DNA from: a virus
Taxonomy: Duplodnaviria; Caudoviricetes
Virus record (IMG/VR): IMGVR_UViG_3300029319_000053
Span: 1 to 57,682 of that record
Strand: one strand, 5' to 3'
DNA length: 57,682 bases
The notes beneath the pieces are model-generated. The model was not told the origin of the DNA, ran no database searches, and saw only the letters and a list, made by a program, of their open reading frames with translations. Below, one piece after another: positions 43,501 to 52,665 of this stretch. The stretch's first letter is position 1. The number at the start of each line of letters is the position of its first letter. The position numbers and the translations under genes were made by a program.

Positions 43501-45962
43501 TCTCTACCCCTTTGTAGATCATTTAAAGTAAATCTTTCTCTACCTTTATTCTTTGTATAAACAATAGCTCCTGGGTCATTAAAAGTTTCACTATTTACAA
43601 GTTTGCCGTCATAAAATAAAGCGTAGTTGCCTTCTAAAGAACCTAAGATAAAAGCAAACCCATCTATAGCACTACCAAACTCATCCTGCGATAAACTTTC
43701 ACCAAACCTTCTAGCAAGAACTCTACCTTGATTAACAAGAGTTGGCATATCTATTCCTACAGGCTTATCCATCTCAGGTGTTTCTATTGTAAACCTGCTA
43801 TTTCTTGCGTTTCTTTTTGCTCTATTTACTACTTTTGTTATATCTGCAGGACTAGGTTGAGTTACCCCTGGAGTGTAGCCCATGTTGTATTTAATTAAAT
43901 TAAATCCACCTCTTTCAGTATTTTCATTAATCTTATAAAAAGCACCAGTTGGATCATTTACATTCTCTCTTATAAAAGCTTTTAATAAACTCTCTGAGTA
44001 TCTTTTTTTACTTATGTCTTGGTCAAACTCTCTTTCAAACTCTGTTGGCACTAAAGTTCTAGCTTCTTCTACTAAAGCTTGGTCGTAAGTTATATCGGTA
44101 GAAGGTATAGCCCAAACTTGTGTACCTTTTTGTCTAGGTGTTATAGGGTCAAGAAAAGAACCCCTACCTTCTTCTACAGCAGTTGGTTCAGGGGTAAGTG
44201 CAAAAATATTTCCTAATTCTTCTTCATCTAATCCCTCATCCTGCATAGCGTCCATACGTTCTTCTACAACAGATTCTAAATCTCTTGTCTCTACAGTAAG
44301 ACCGGGTGTTTTATTTATGTATGCTTCTGCTGCTGCTATGGCTTGCGCCTCTCCTTCTACAGAAGTTGACTGTTCCCAACGTGTAGAACCATCTTCATCT
44401 TTTACACGAACTGCTAAAGTGTCTTCTGACCTTCTTGGTCTAGTATAGCCTAAGTTACTAGCTAACCACTCGTCTAAAAGATTTTTATCTCGAACATTTG
44501 CAGACATAACATTCGCAAATGCTTCTGCTACTTCAGGGTTATTAGTATAAATAGTGCCTACATCTGCTATTTCTACCGCTTGTACGTTTGGATATTTAGC
44601 TAACATTTCAGGTTCAAGTGTTTCCATAGTTTCTGCATTTGCATTAACTACGTAAACTAAATCTCTTCTTATAGTAGGACTATCCATATCAGCAAACTGT
44701 TTTCTTATATCAGCTTCGCTTTCCGCTAATACAGTTCCAGCTTTATCAAGATCTTGCATCTCTGTTGTAAATGCAATCTCATGGGCTTGCTTTGCTTGGT
44801 CGTACATCTTACCAGCTACGGCAGATGGAGTACCAATAGCCGTACCTACACCAAGACCACCAAAAAACCCAGCAAATAAAGCGTTAGCCCTATCTAAATT
44901 AGCCATAGTTTTTGTGTACTCTTCGTCTATTCTAAATTTTTGTTGCACGGACAACTCCTCTTGTCCTGCTTCGGCTAGGCCTTCAGCTACTGAAGTAGTA
45001 GCTGCTACCTGTGCAATCCTAGCTCTCTTACTTCTTATTGGAGCATCTTTTGCAGTATTTATGCCTTTAGGTTGTTTTCTTTTAAGCACGTTTGCTACAG
45101 ATTTTGCTACAGCAACCTCACTACCTAAACCAATTGCTGCAAAACCTAAACCTTGCAAAGCAGATTGAAAGCCAGCTTCTTGGTCTATCATGCCTTGTTC
45201 TCCAAAGTCACCAAAAGCAATACCTTGTCCCATAACTTGTTCTTGAGACCCAGCGCCTGTTAAAGCCCCTACTGTGGCTCCTCTACGTAAACGTTTATTA
45301 CGAACACTTGCATAAAGATTTTTAATTAGGGTTTCTTCGTCTGGAGTAAGGGGGTCAAGTTTAGTAGGTCTTTTTTTAACTTTGTTTGCTTCAAGAGCTA
45401 TAAATTTATTTACAACTTTCTGAACTTCTCTTTTGGTATAAGCTTCTTTTGCTACGCTTTGCGGAAGAATAGTTTTTTGTAAAGCCTTCGTTCCTACTTT
45501 TCTACTAACGCCAGCTGTTATAGCTGCACCAGCTCCAGCTCCCGTCATCGCTAAACCTATACTAGCTACAGCAGAAGGAACGAATTGTCCTGTTGCTTGT
45601 ATTGCCTGATTAATAAAACCACCAAAAGTAGGTTGATCTAAAAACTCTTCGAAAGTTTCTGCTCCTGCTAGATAAGGAGCTCCTGCTTGTTGTATGAGTT
45701 GGGCTTGGTTTAGAGCGCTTTCGGCTTTTTCTTCATTGCCCATGATGGCAGCTAAAGACCCTTTAAAATTAACTATTTGAGCTTGGGTGTTAACTACACC
45801 AGTATCTACTGCAGCTTTAAATAATTGTACGGGATCATCTATTGGTACTATTTCGGGAGAGGTATCTTGTATCGCCCCTCTACTAGCTACTGCGTTATCA
45901 GGAACGAATCGATTACTTGCACCAGCTCCTGCAATCTCATTAGTCTCTTTCTTCGATACCAT
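40503..45962 (-). CDS. Very large internal virion/ejection protein (1819 aa) with HExxH motif
   Basis: Size and position after the adaptors; Ala/Gly-rich membrane-like segments; AHEIGH...FNEW. Confidence 0.75.
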   Translation of the reverse strand: MVSKKETNEIAGAGASNRFVPDNAVASRGAIQDTSPEIVPIDDPVQLFKAAVDTGVVNTQAQIVNFKGSLAAIMGNEEKAESALNQAQLIQQAGAPYLAGAETFEEFLDQPTFGGFINQAIQATGQFVPSAVASIGLAMTGAGAGAAITAGVSRKVGTKALQKTILPQSVAKEAYTKREVQKVVNKFIALEANKVKKRPTKLDPLTPDEETLIKNLYASVRNKRLRRGATVGALTGAGSQEQVMGQGIAFGDFGEQGMIDQEAGFQSALQGLGFAAIGLGSEVAVAKSVANVLKRKQPKGINTAKDAPIRSKRARIAQVAATTSVAEGLAEAGQEELSVQQKFRIDEEYTKTMANLDRANALFAGFFGGLGVGTAIGTPSAVAGKMYDQAKQAHEIAFTTEMQDLDKAGTVLAESEADIRKQFADMDSPTIRRDLVYVVNANAETMETLEPEMLAKYPNVQAVEIADVGTIYTNNPEVAEAFANVMSANVRDKNLLDEWLASNLGYTRPRRSEDTLAVRVKDEDGSTRWEQSTSVEGEAQAIAAAEAYINKTPGLTVETRDLESVVEERMDAMQDEGLDEEELGNIFALTPEPTAVEEGRGSFLDPITPRQKGTQVWAIPSTDITYDQALVEEARTLVPTEFEREFDQDISKKRYSESLLKAFIRENVNDPTGAFYKINENTERGGFNLIKYNMGYTPGVTQPSPADITKVVNRAKRNARNSRFTIETPEMDKPVGIDMPTLVNQGRVLARRFGESLSQDEFGSAIDGFAFILGSLEGNYALFYDGKLVNSETFNDPGAIVYTKNKGRERFTLNDLQRGRESQVKSGDLEAGFDPRQDIQEESRLETVETGQGVDLETGRQTPQFVQVEDQTTLPDQRIEDEFNQRLFKNPYAKGSTRAAGPKPGVSFTSVVEQHLDATFLTDFQRIANTKLGLKKAYKVFSTTEDITLESLEGDADLLTRVQAALTQDMGPEGSTRGRNIKGANFDVLLVQTREGLNKAEQGARAFVVAHEIGHSFVNQELEKSLSIPKLRQGLLNAFNQDREGNDTAQYTNDDQGFNEWMSDQVASYLLDETKKAQNQTDSFFKRLAGKIQAFVKEFSNFATRRYGVSPAFADYVVELKRINNDPGHFMTKYLASAEIQQTVEKIGKEIPLGDPKAPQKIQQTVNRLKETGNLVGVGEFLKVVLFAKDNLLRGYGPAGKKLAQMFRGQSQTTEEVGLLTATVTQARAKMNEIQDILGVFKTGDMTQDKMNILLDAESSKPTEELGPQAQRIREWLVEHYDKLNLQEIGVDRLSNFFPRSLAIQEIAGDKSKAEALANLLIEYNPGLTKAEADLSVEITLSDATNEIELAALKQAEKMGTVEETLKELRKQRNIPSHARYSLGLTKARVKLYSRIPTEALRNIEVLEDPHRALQKYIDNTVKKVELNKRGGPQQIEKLLSEIQDPKQREQATKTVMAMLGKVEPISSGLFRGANQIGLAFNVTTLLTFATFASFPDLAGPILRSKDFGALRTAASTIFNMINNKEEAAQLAKDIGVVGIDAMMETFVGAGELDYTSENTKKFTNKFFRGIGLEQFTRFTRIFAAGMGKAFLLDNGKKAAAGNQRSIRYLKELGLTAEEVNNWAGGNINEAGNEKIKLALARFVDESIVRPNAAERPTWASDPRFALVWQLKSFFYAYGKTIVGGSMNEMQARYTEAGLTGAAIPLFLGAATLLPLTMLGFDLRERFKVGLAWLLPGVSPEDKNYRRSQTMDWGEYSTEIIDRSGVLGPFTLALPLFMEDRRYGDPMWVGPLGPTVEKGYDLFTGDLRLKDLTPLYNNL

Positions 45963-47934
45963 ATTCTTGAATGTAATAAAGAATTAGATTTCTAGCATAA
46001 GCATTTTCATTTGGCCCACCGAACCTGTAAGTAAAGTTAGAAGGTTTTAAACTACCTTTTGCTTCTCTTTCGCTACCGGGTGGAGTAAAGTAAATTTCTG
46101 CTATTGGACTATTTGGATCTCCTGGGTCAACTCTTCTAAATCTAACATTATCAATAAGATTACCTATGTTTTGTGGATCACCAGGTGCAAAAATATCACC
46201 AAACCAGTCTTTAAAATCTACAGAACCTTCTTGGTCTACGGCTTGTGAAAATAACACGCCTGCTATTCCTTTTAAAGAATCACGAACTGTTTGAGTAGCT
46301 TCTCCTGTTATGACATATTTACCATTCTTAAACTCAAAGCCGGGGGCTCCAGGTAATCCTTTTACCTGATTTACTAGATTAGAGACAAGAGCTCTATCTT
46401 TAGGGGTAAAACGTTTAAAATCACCATCTTCATCAAACACTGTATCTATAAAACTTTTTTCAGCATCTAAAAACGTTTCATTTAAACTTGCAACATTTTC
46501 TCTTTGGGTTTGATAATACTTTTCAAGATCAATCGCAGTAGCTTGTTGAGTTCTAGTAATAGTAGCTTGAGTGCCAAGAACTGATATGTAATCTTTTAAT
46601 GCAGAAGAAAAGTTCTGTTGGTTATCATAAGCAGCAAACATTATTGCGGTATCAAGAGCTGTAACTCCTTTGGCTTCAGGAGTACCAAATGGTATCTTTT
46701 TTAAATCTTCTTTTGTTTCAACGCCAAAATCAGTTATGACTTGTCTTATTCTGTTTACCAAGTCTCCATCTTGACTAAGTGCTCTTAAACTTTCCTCGTT
46801 TGCTTCAAAAAAAGTTTGTACTTCTTCTGCGGTAGCATCTGGTTTTAATTCACCTTGTATCTCAATATCAGGAACAGAAGTAAGTTGTGGTTCTTTAAAT
46901 TGAAGTTCTTTAACTTTATCTTGTATGAACTTATTTGCAGCATTTAAATCAAGCCTATTCCTAGGGCCTTTTAAAAAGTCTTGTCTACTAGAACCTAAAG
47001 CTTCTAACGTCTCATTCAAATTTTTTGCATTTTTACCTTCAGAAGCTCGTTCTATGTCTTCTGTTACTTTCCTTAAATCACGTTCATTAGTAGGAATATT
47101 TGGTACACCTACATCTTGAAGAAACTTAGTGGCTTCTTCTTGTTTAAAAAATGTTCTACTTCTTGGGCCTTTTGTTTCTGTAAAATCTGGTATAGTTTTT
47201 GGACTAACAGCTGTTTGACTGTCTTTTCTTAGGTCTAATCTTTTTTGTAGATCTTCTCCTATGCTAACTAGTTGAGCATTTGCATCTTGTAAATTTATAT
47301 CAGGATCATCATCTATAGCAGTGGCAACAGCCCCTGCTTCTGTTACAGGGTCATCTATATCTTCTTGGTCTCCTAAAGGTTCTCCGGTTACAAGATTTTT
47401 TGGTCCTGATCTTGCGATACTTTGCGCCATAACAGCAGGCCCTAAATTGGGATAAGCTCTATATTTTGCTATTGCAGCATTTCCTTGAATCAAAGTTTTA
47501 AATTCTTTTTCTGATAAATTAGCAACTAAATCATTAGGATCATCTGAAGCAAACCAAGTTTTAGGAGCTAATGCTCTTGTGTCTGGTCTTCTAGTAACTA
47601 TGGTTTTTGTGCCGTCTTCATTGTCTCTAAAACCCTCTATAACCCCTAATTTATCCATACCCTCTTTAGTATCTGTAAATTGTCTAAATTTATTAGAAGA
47701 ATTTAAAAGGGCTACAATGTCATCTTGATAAAGATACATACCGTTGTCATCTTTACTTACCAACTTTTCAAAATCAACAATATGATTATCTGGATTAACT
47801 AATCCTTTAGCTAAAAGATTATCGTAAAAAGTAGAATCTTGAAGTTGTTGGTTGGTTCTCCTTTCAGTTTTTAAAAGTTCGGCTTGACGCGCTTGTGCGT
47901 CAGTTGGGCCAAGTAGCCTTTGTAAAATAGACAT
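45940..47934 (-). CDS. Putative internal virion/ejection protein (664 aa)
   Basis: Position between small ejection-like genes and the giant gene. Confidence 0.65.
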   Translation of the reverse strand: MSILQRLLGPTDAQARQAELLKTERRTNQQLQDSTFYDNLLAKGLVNPDNHIVDFEKLVSKDDNGMYLYQDDIVALLNSSNKFRQFTDTKEGMDKLGVIEGFRDNEDGTKTIVTRRPDTRALAPKTWFASDDPNDLVANLSEKEFKTLIQGNAAIAKYRAYPNLGPAVMAQSIARSGPKNLVTGEPLGDQEDIDDPVTEAGAVATAIDDDPDINLQDANAQLVSIGEDLQKRLDLRKDSQTAVSPKTIPDFTETKGPRSRTFFKQEEATKFLQDVGVPNIPTNERDLRKVTEDIERASEGKNAKNLNETLEALGSSRQDFLKGPRNRLDLNAANKFIQDKVKELQFKEPQLTSVPDIEIQGELKPDATAEEVQTFFEANEESLRALSQDGDLVNRIRQVITDFGVETKEDLKKIPFGTPEAKGVTALDTAIMFAAYDNQQNFSSALKDYISVLGTQATITRTQQATAIDLEKYYQTQRENVASLNETFLDAEKSFIDTVFDEDGDFKRFTPKDRALVSNLVNQVKGLPGAPGFEFKNGKYVITGEATQTVRDSLKGIAGVLFSQAVDQEGSVDFKDWFGDIFAPGDPQNIGNLIDNVRFRRVDPGDPNSPIAEIYFTPPGSEREAKGSLKPSNFTYRFGGPNENAYARNLILYYIQEYGIEERD

Positions 47935-48476
47935 TATATTAACGCTCCTAAAATAGCGCCCCCTAACCCAACCATATTACTGTAATGTTGGGATTTTGCA
48001 TTTTTATAAGCTGCTGCTCTTTGCGCCGCCATAGCTGAAGCGTCTCCCAACCCACTTAATGAACTTTGATTTACGCCTTGTCCGATACCTATAAGTTCAT
48101 TTAGCAAAGCATTGTTGACTTGTCTTTGTTGTATCCTAGCATTGTTTAAAGAACCAGTTAGGCCCAGCTGCCCTCCTAGTTGTAAGCTCCTCTGTTGTTG
48201 TTGTCTTTGCGCATTTGATAGACCAGCTCCGCCATATCTTTCTATGTTTCGCTGCTGCACTTGTTGAGCTATTCGGTTTTGTCTAATTTGATCTTCTCTA
48301 GCTTGATCCATTAGAGAAGTATCATCTGTAGCTTTCAATAACTTTTCTTCAAAATCTCTAAAATTATCAACGAAATCCATATAGTCTTGTCTAGTTATTC
48401 GAGCAAAAGTCTCTTCTGGGTTTGATACCGCAGGTAAGTTACTTATAGAATCTCTGTGTCCAGGTCTATGTGCCAT
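47934..48476 (-). CDS. Putative ejection protein (Gln/Gly-rich, C-terminal hydrophobic)
   Basis: GGAGG RBS; composition and synteny. Confidence 0.65.
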   Translation of the reverse strand: MAHRPGHRDSISNLPAVSNPEETFARITRQDYMDFVDNFRDFEEKLLKATDDTSLMDQAREDQIRQNRIAQQVQQRNIERYGGAGLSNAQRQQQQRSLQLGGQLGLTGSLNNARIQQRQVNNALLNELIGIGQGVNQSSLSGLGDASAMAAQRAAAYKNAKSQHYSNMVGLGGAILGALI

Positions 48477-49081
48477 TATCTTCCTCCAAACCCACTACCA
48501 AAACCTCTATAAAAACTTCCTACTGGAGCATTTGGATCTGGTCTATTGTCATCTTCTTCCATACCAAATTGTCCACTAGTCTGCCTGAGTTTTTTACCAA
48601 TGTCTCCGGCTAGGTTAGAAGCAAATCTAAAGTTAGCATTTCTCCTTGCTTGTTTAGCTCTTGCAAACTCTAGTTGCCTACTTGATTCTATTCTCGCAGC
48701 TCTTGATAAACCAGACTGAGCATCAGCCTGCATACCTCTAGCATTTTTAAGTACATTTATTTGATCGCCTCTTTGAGCTGTCAAGCCCTGTACTCTACCT
48801 TGGAGTTGTTGTGCTCCAGCTGCTGAAGCTAAATCTGCGGCTGCATCTACAGATTGGGCGGCTCTTATAGTAGGCCTACCACTCAAAGCTTGCATAGTAT
48901 CAGCTTGAGCCCTACCAGTGGCTACGCCTGAGTAGTCTTCTGTCATAGACCTATCCCTAAGTTCTGTTAACTTAGGTAAATATTTTTGTCGAAAATAGTT
49001 TTTTTCAGCTAAAGATACAGAAGCAAGAGCTTTTTCTTGCTCAGTTGCTTTATATTGTCCTGCCTTTGGTTTACTGCTCAT
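48476..49081 (-). CDS. Putative ejection protein (Ala/Gln-rich)
   Basis: Composition and synteny. Confidence 0.65.
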   Translation of the reverse strand: MSSKPKAGQYKATEQEKALASVSLAEKNYFRQKYLPKLTELRDRSMTEDYSGVATGRAQADTMQALSGRPTIRAAQSVDAAADLASAAGAQQLQGRVQGLTAQRGDQINVLKNARGMQADAQSGLSRAARIESSRQLEFARAKQARRNANFRFASNLAGDIGKKLRQTSGQFGMEEDDNRPDPNAPVGSFYRGFGSGFGGR

Positions 49082-49512
49082 TCAACTTCTTTCCTATATA
49101 TTCGTGTATCTAATTGCCAACCTATTGTTTTAGTGTACGGCTCCATTTCTGGCACTCGCGATCTCGCTTCGAGATACTTACAACCTGCTTCTTTGGCTAA
49201 GTTATTAAACCACTCATCGTGAGCTAACCAATTGTGCCCACCTTTTTGATAAGTATACGCTATCCATAGCAGTAATGTCTTGTCTTTTGTAAACTGATCT
49301 ACTTCTACAGTCAGTATCAAAAAACCTACAGAAGAAGTGTAAAGAAAGGCCCTTTCGTTTACACACTCACTGTAAACATCTTCAGGGATATAAGTAAGAT
49401 GCGGATTTTCTTTTAGAACATCAAGTATGCCTGTTTTTATAACGTTCCAACACTTTCTTATGTCAGTATAAACAGGTTCCTCAATAGTCGATTTCCTTTC
49501 CGTACCTTCCAT
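49078..49512 (-). CDS. Hypothetical protein, possible GNAT-like fold
   Basis: GFLIL...LLLWIAY...AKEAGC...GW pattern common at this position in podoviruses. Confidence 0.6.
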   Translation of the reverse strand: MEGTERKSTIEEPVYTDIRKCWNVIKTGILDVLKENPHLTYIPEDVYSECVNERAFLYTSSVGFLILTVEVDQFTKDKTLLLWIAYTYQKGGHNWLAHDEWFNNLAKEAGCKYLEARSRVPEMEPYTKTIGWQLDTRIYRKEVE

Positions 49513-50155
49513 ACCGTCTCCTTGGCATTCCTACTCCCTTGTACTTAACAGTTCTTTTTACCCCAAGGTCTCCGCCTCGGGCCCTTAATTCTGCTTGTTT
49601 TGTTTCTATACCAAATTGAAATGAATACTCTTGTGACGCACCAATGTCTGTCCATTCTCTGTTTGGCATACGTAATAATCGATAAAGAGTGCCATATATT
49701 ATTGCGTCTCTATACTGATTAGACACAGTGGTGTCTATATTATTACTGGTTCTAGTCGGTTTTAAAGCTAAACTAACAATTACCTCTTTTGCGCCACTAG
49801 GCACAGGAACTATCCAAAAAGTAGTAGGGGTTTTCTGTAAATATACGTGGGGTTGCCCTGTTCTATCTCTCCAATCTGGATAATTTAATTCTAAACTACG
49901 TGGACTTATAGGATCCATATCATTTCCATCATGTGTCATATATAAAACTTGATGCACTTCAGTAGCGACTGGTATATCAAAATCATATTCATAAACACCT
50001 GCTATAGTATTAAAAGGGTCCATGTCTAAAATATAGGCTTTTGACCTTTCACAAAACTCTATAGTAGCTGCTCTTAAGTGTTGTTCTACTAAAGAGTCAG
50101 GACACATAGGAACATAGGGTAATATTTCTTTAACAAGAGAGGTATAAGACGCCAT
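49481..50155 (-). CDS. Head-tail adaptor-like protein
   Basis: ILPYVPMCP...AATIEFC...LKPT...LLRMPNREWTD. Confidence 0.7.
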   Translation of the reverse strand: MASYTSLVKEILPYVPMCPDSLVEQHLRAATIEFCERSKAYILDMDPFNTIAGVYEYDFDIPVATEVHQVLYMTHDGNDMDPISPRSLELNYPDWRDRTGQPHVYLQKTPTTFWIVPVPSGAKEVIVSLALKPTRTSNNIDTTVSNQYRDAIIYGTLYRLLRMPNREWTDIGASQEYSFQFGIETKQAELRARGGDLGVKRTVKYKGVGMPRRRYGRYGKEIDY

Positions 50156-50157
50156 GA

Positions 50158-50871
50158 TTAGTTGCCTCCTACTGAAACAGCAGTCATATTACTTATTGGG
50201 TCAACATTAGGGTCTAAAAGTGTTTGAGCTTGCCCCCCTTGCCCTATGCTAGTAGTAAATAGTTGATAATGTATGCTTGCTCGCTGGCTATTCGATGCGT
50301 ATTCAGCATCTTTCATATACGCTTTGTATAAAACAAAGTCTACAATAGCGTTTCCATAAATATCATCAACATAAATGGTAGAAGAAGTGCTGCTTAAATC
50401 TGTAGGGGTTCTAGAAAAAACAATTTCTACGTACGCATTTCCAGATATACCTGGATACACGTAATACTTTCTTGGGTCATCTTCATCAAAAATGTAATTT
50501 TTAACAACAGTGCCATGGGCAGAAGCCCCTGTTACAGCAGGGTCATGCCAGTCTGGATCTTGTGCGTTCAAAATATCAGAACTTACTAATCTGATTGTTC
50601 TTTTGCCGGTTGCACTTGAACCAGCTGCTGACATATTACGAACTACTTTTATTAACCGCAAACCGACATCCGGTATGGTTTGTTCTGTTCCAGCAACTAA
50701 TTGAACATTAGCATGATCTGCAGATGCTTCGGGTCTTAGATTTACAATCTCTCTTTGAGCATCGTTTATATACCTAAGAAGCTCTGCTTCGGACCACCTA
50801 ACACTAGTAGTATCTTGTAAAGTATCCTGTACTCTTGTAATTATATTAGCGCCTGTAAGTGTCCCTGCCAC
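50158..50871 (-). CDS. Head-tail adaptor (DUF6682-like)
   Basis: LQD...RW...ELL.YINDAQREI...RP; YYVYP; YKAYMKDAE. Confidence 0.75.
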   Translation of the reverse strand: MAGTLTGANIITRVQDTLQDTTSVRWSEAELLRYINDAQREIVNLRPEASADHANVQLVAGTEQTIPDVGLRLIKVVRNMSAAGSSATGKRTIRLVSSDILNAQDPDWHDPAVTGASAHGTVVKNYIFDEDDPRKYYVYPGISGNAYVEIVFSRTPTDLSSTSSTIYVDDIYGNAIVDFVLYKAYMKDAEYASNSQRASIHYQLFTTSIGQGGQAQTLLDPNVDPISNMTAVSVGGN

Positions 50872-50884
50872 AGCTCATCCTATC

Positions 50885-51247
50885 TTATTGCACAGTTAAC
50901 AGTTCTTGAATTAAAGTTTCTTTTTTCTTTCTTCTATCAAGTTCTATACCTTTAGTACGCCCATATTGTTCTAGTTCTATTTTTGTCATGCCTTTTAACA
51001 AGTCTTCCAAACCTGATGAAGTAGTTGGTTCTACAACTTCAACTTCTGGCATATCTTCTACTACAACCTCCTCCACTGGAGCAGGCTCCATTGCTGGTAC
51101 GTCTGACTCTTGCACTTCTGTGCAACCTTCTTGTAAACATAGTAAACCTAAATCTTTACCGACTTGTCTTGGCTCTCCAGCTTTTAAATGTATAGTAGCT
51201 CCCCAAGTAGAGGCTACTGTTATATCGTCATTTGAAACTATCCACAT
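50885..51247 (-). CDS. Hypothetical protein with C-terminal Rho-N/HeH-like motif
   Basis: MTKIELEQYGRTKGIELDRRKKKETLI; AAGGAG RBS. Confidence 0.7.
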   Translation of the reverse strand: MWIVSNDDITVASTWGATIHLKAGEPRQVGKDLGLLCLQEGCTEVQESDVPAMEPAPVEEVVVEDMPEVEVVEPTTSSGLEDLLKGMTKIELEQYGRTKGIELDRRKKKETLIQELLTVQ

Positions 51248-51261
51248 AATTTTACTCCTTC

Positions 51262-51292
51262 AAATATGGGTGGCTTCAATTAGCCACCCATA
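51262..51292 (-). terminator. Terminator after the major capsid gene
   Basis: TATGGGTGGCT/AGCCACCCATA inverted repeat followed by TTT on the minus strand. Confidence 0.75.
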
Positions 51293-51305
51293 AAATATAC
51301 CACAA

Positions 51306-52451
51306 TTAGAATGCAACATCTAACGCAATAACACCAAAGTCTTCAACTTGACCTGTGTGGTCAGAGTTGTACTTAGGCTTCTTGAGTCCGAATATTTTCC
51401 CAATTGAAATACCGTTTTGGTTCCCATAGTCAAATGTATCTTCAACTATTTCAGGAATACCAATATCAGCCATTGCTAATGATTGAGCACCACAGAATAG
51501 ACATCTTGAGTAGTCTACGTCTGCGTTAGCTCCACCTTTATAACCAGCAGCACCAGCATTTGATGATGTACCGGATGTAGCACCAGATGTGTTAAACACA
51601 TGTCTGAACTCATGTACCATGATTCCATCAACCATTAAGCTTGATGAACCAGAGAATAAGCTAGACTGAGGCCCTCTGATACCAGCTTGTCTTACGTTAG
51701 CAAGGAAGTCTGAATCAAGTTTTAGGTCAGCCATAACTTGTGGTGTTACAAAGAGATGGAATGTCTCATCATTACCCGCGCCTCTTAGACCTCTGATGTA
51801 CTGATCTTTTGCATAAGCTTTTAGATCAACAATAGCACCATAAGTTAGCTTATCAGCTGCAGCAATTGCAGTGACATCACCAGCTACGATACCATTAGTA
51901 GCATCAAATCTTCTATGTCTATTTGAGGTAGGAGCAGTTACATCACCTGAGAATGCAAGATCACCAAGGTTCTGTCCAGAATTTTGAACAGGTCTTAATG
52001 CACCGTTATTCTTAAGTGTGTAAGCAATACCACTTAGAGTTAAGAATGCTAATTGGTCCATTCTGTCAGCCATTGCGTAAGCAAGTGCATCTCTAGAATG
52101 TTCCCTAAAGTTCACAACTGATTTTTGATCATTCATTCTACCTGAAAGTCTGTTCGCAAATCTTAGTTGATCAAGTTGTACAACTATGTCGAAAGCTCTT
52201 AATGACTCTTCATTACCTTCGAGAGTGTTGTCACCCACAATACCGTCACCAGTCATGTCAGCTAAAAGTGTTAATACAGCTCTAGCTCCTTTTTCTGATT
52301 GAGTAAGTTCAGATATAGTCTGAACCATTGCGTTTGAACCCGCACCCGCGAATTGATTGATGAAGGACATATTTCTAGCGACACGCCAAAAATCACGCGA
52401 CCAGATAGTTAATTGTTCACTGGTCAACGCGGCAAAGTTAGTATTTGCCAT
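51306..52451 (-). CDS. Major capsid protein, N4-gp56/DUF4043-like (start 52451)
   Basis: AAGGAG RBS; GDGIVGDNTLEGNEE.L, DQLRFA, FCGAQSLA, DFGVI; follows portal and scaffold. Confidence 0.9.
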   Translation of the reverse strand: MANTNFAALTSEQLTIWSRDFWRVARNMSFINQFAGAGSNAMVQTISELTQSEKGARAVLTLLADMTGDGIVGDNTLEGNEESLRAFDIVVQLDQLRFANRLSGRMNDQKSVVNFREHSRDALAYAMADRMDQLAFLTLSGIAYTLKNNGALRPVQNSGQNLGDLAFSGDVTAPTSNRHRRFDATNGIVAGDVTAIAAADKLTYGAIVDLKAYAKDQYIRGLRGAGNDETFHLFVTPQVMADLKLDSDFLANVRQAGIRGPQSSLFSGSSSLMVDGIMVHEFRHVFNTSGATSGTSSNAGAAGYKGGANADVDYSRCLFCGAQSLAMADIGIPEIVEDTFDYGNQNGISIGKIFGLKKPKYNSDHTGQVEDFGVIALDVAF

Positions 52452-52469
52452 AATTATTCTCCTTATCAA

Positions 52470-52650
52470 GAGTTGTTAAAACCAGTCGTCTTTTGGAGCG
52501 ACTACCTATCCGTATACCCACTATCGTAGGGGGGACGCTCTCGTTGTTTGCGGATTACGATTCCGGTTAGTTTTACGCTCTAACAAGCGAAAAACGATTT
52601 TTTACAGGAACGACCCTGGTAAGATATCGCTCTTACGTGCGAACTTATTT
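52470..52650 (-). promoter_or_regulatory. Structured 5' leader of the capsid gene (serial hairpins with CG-containing loops)
   Basis: At least five short stems; TGTGGTATAAAT extended -10 just upstream. Confidence 0.6.
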
Positions 52651-52665
52651 AATTTATACCACAGT

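Noticed and set aside
40503-45962. N4-like virion RNA polymerase
   Set aside because: Despite the N4-gp56-like capsid, the protein is about half the size of N4 vRNAP and I recognised no polymerase catalytic motifs.
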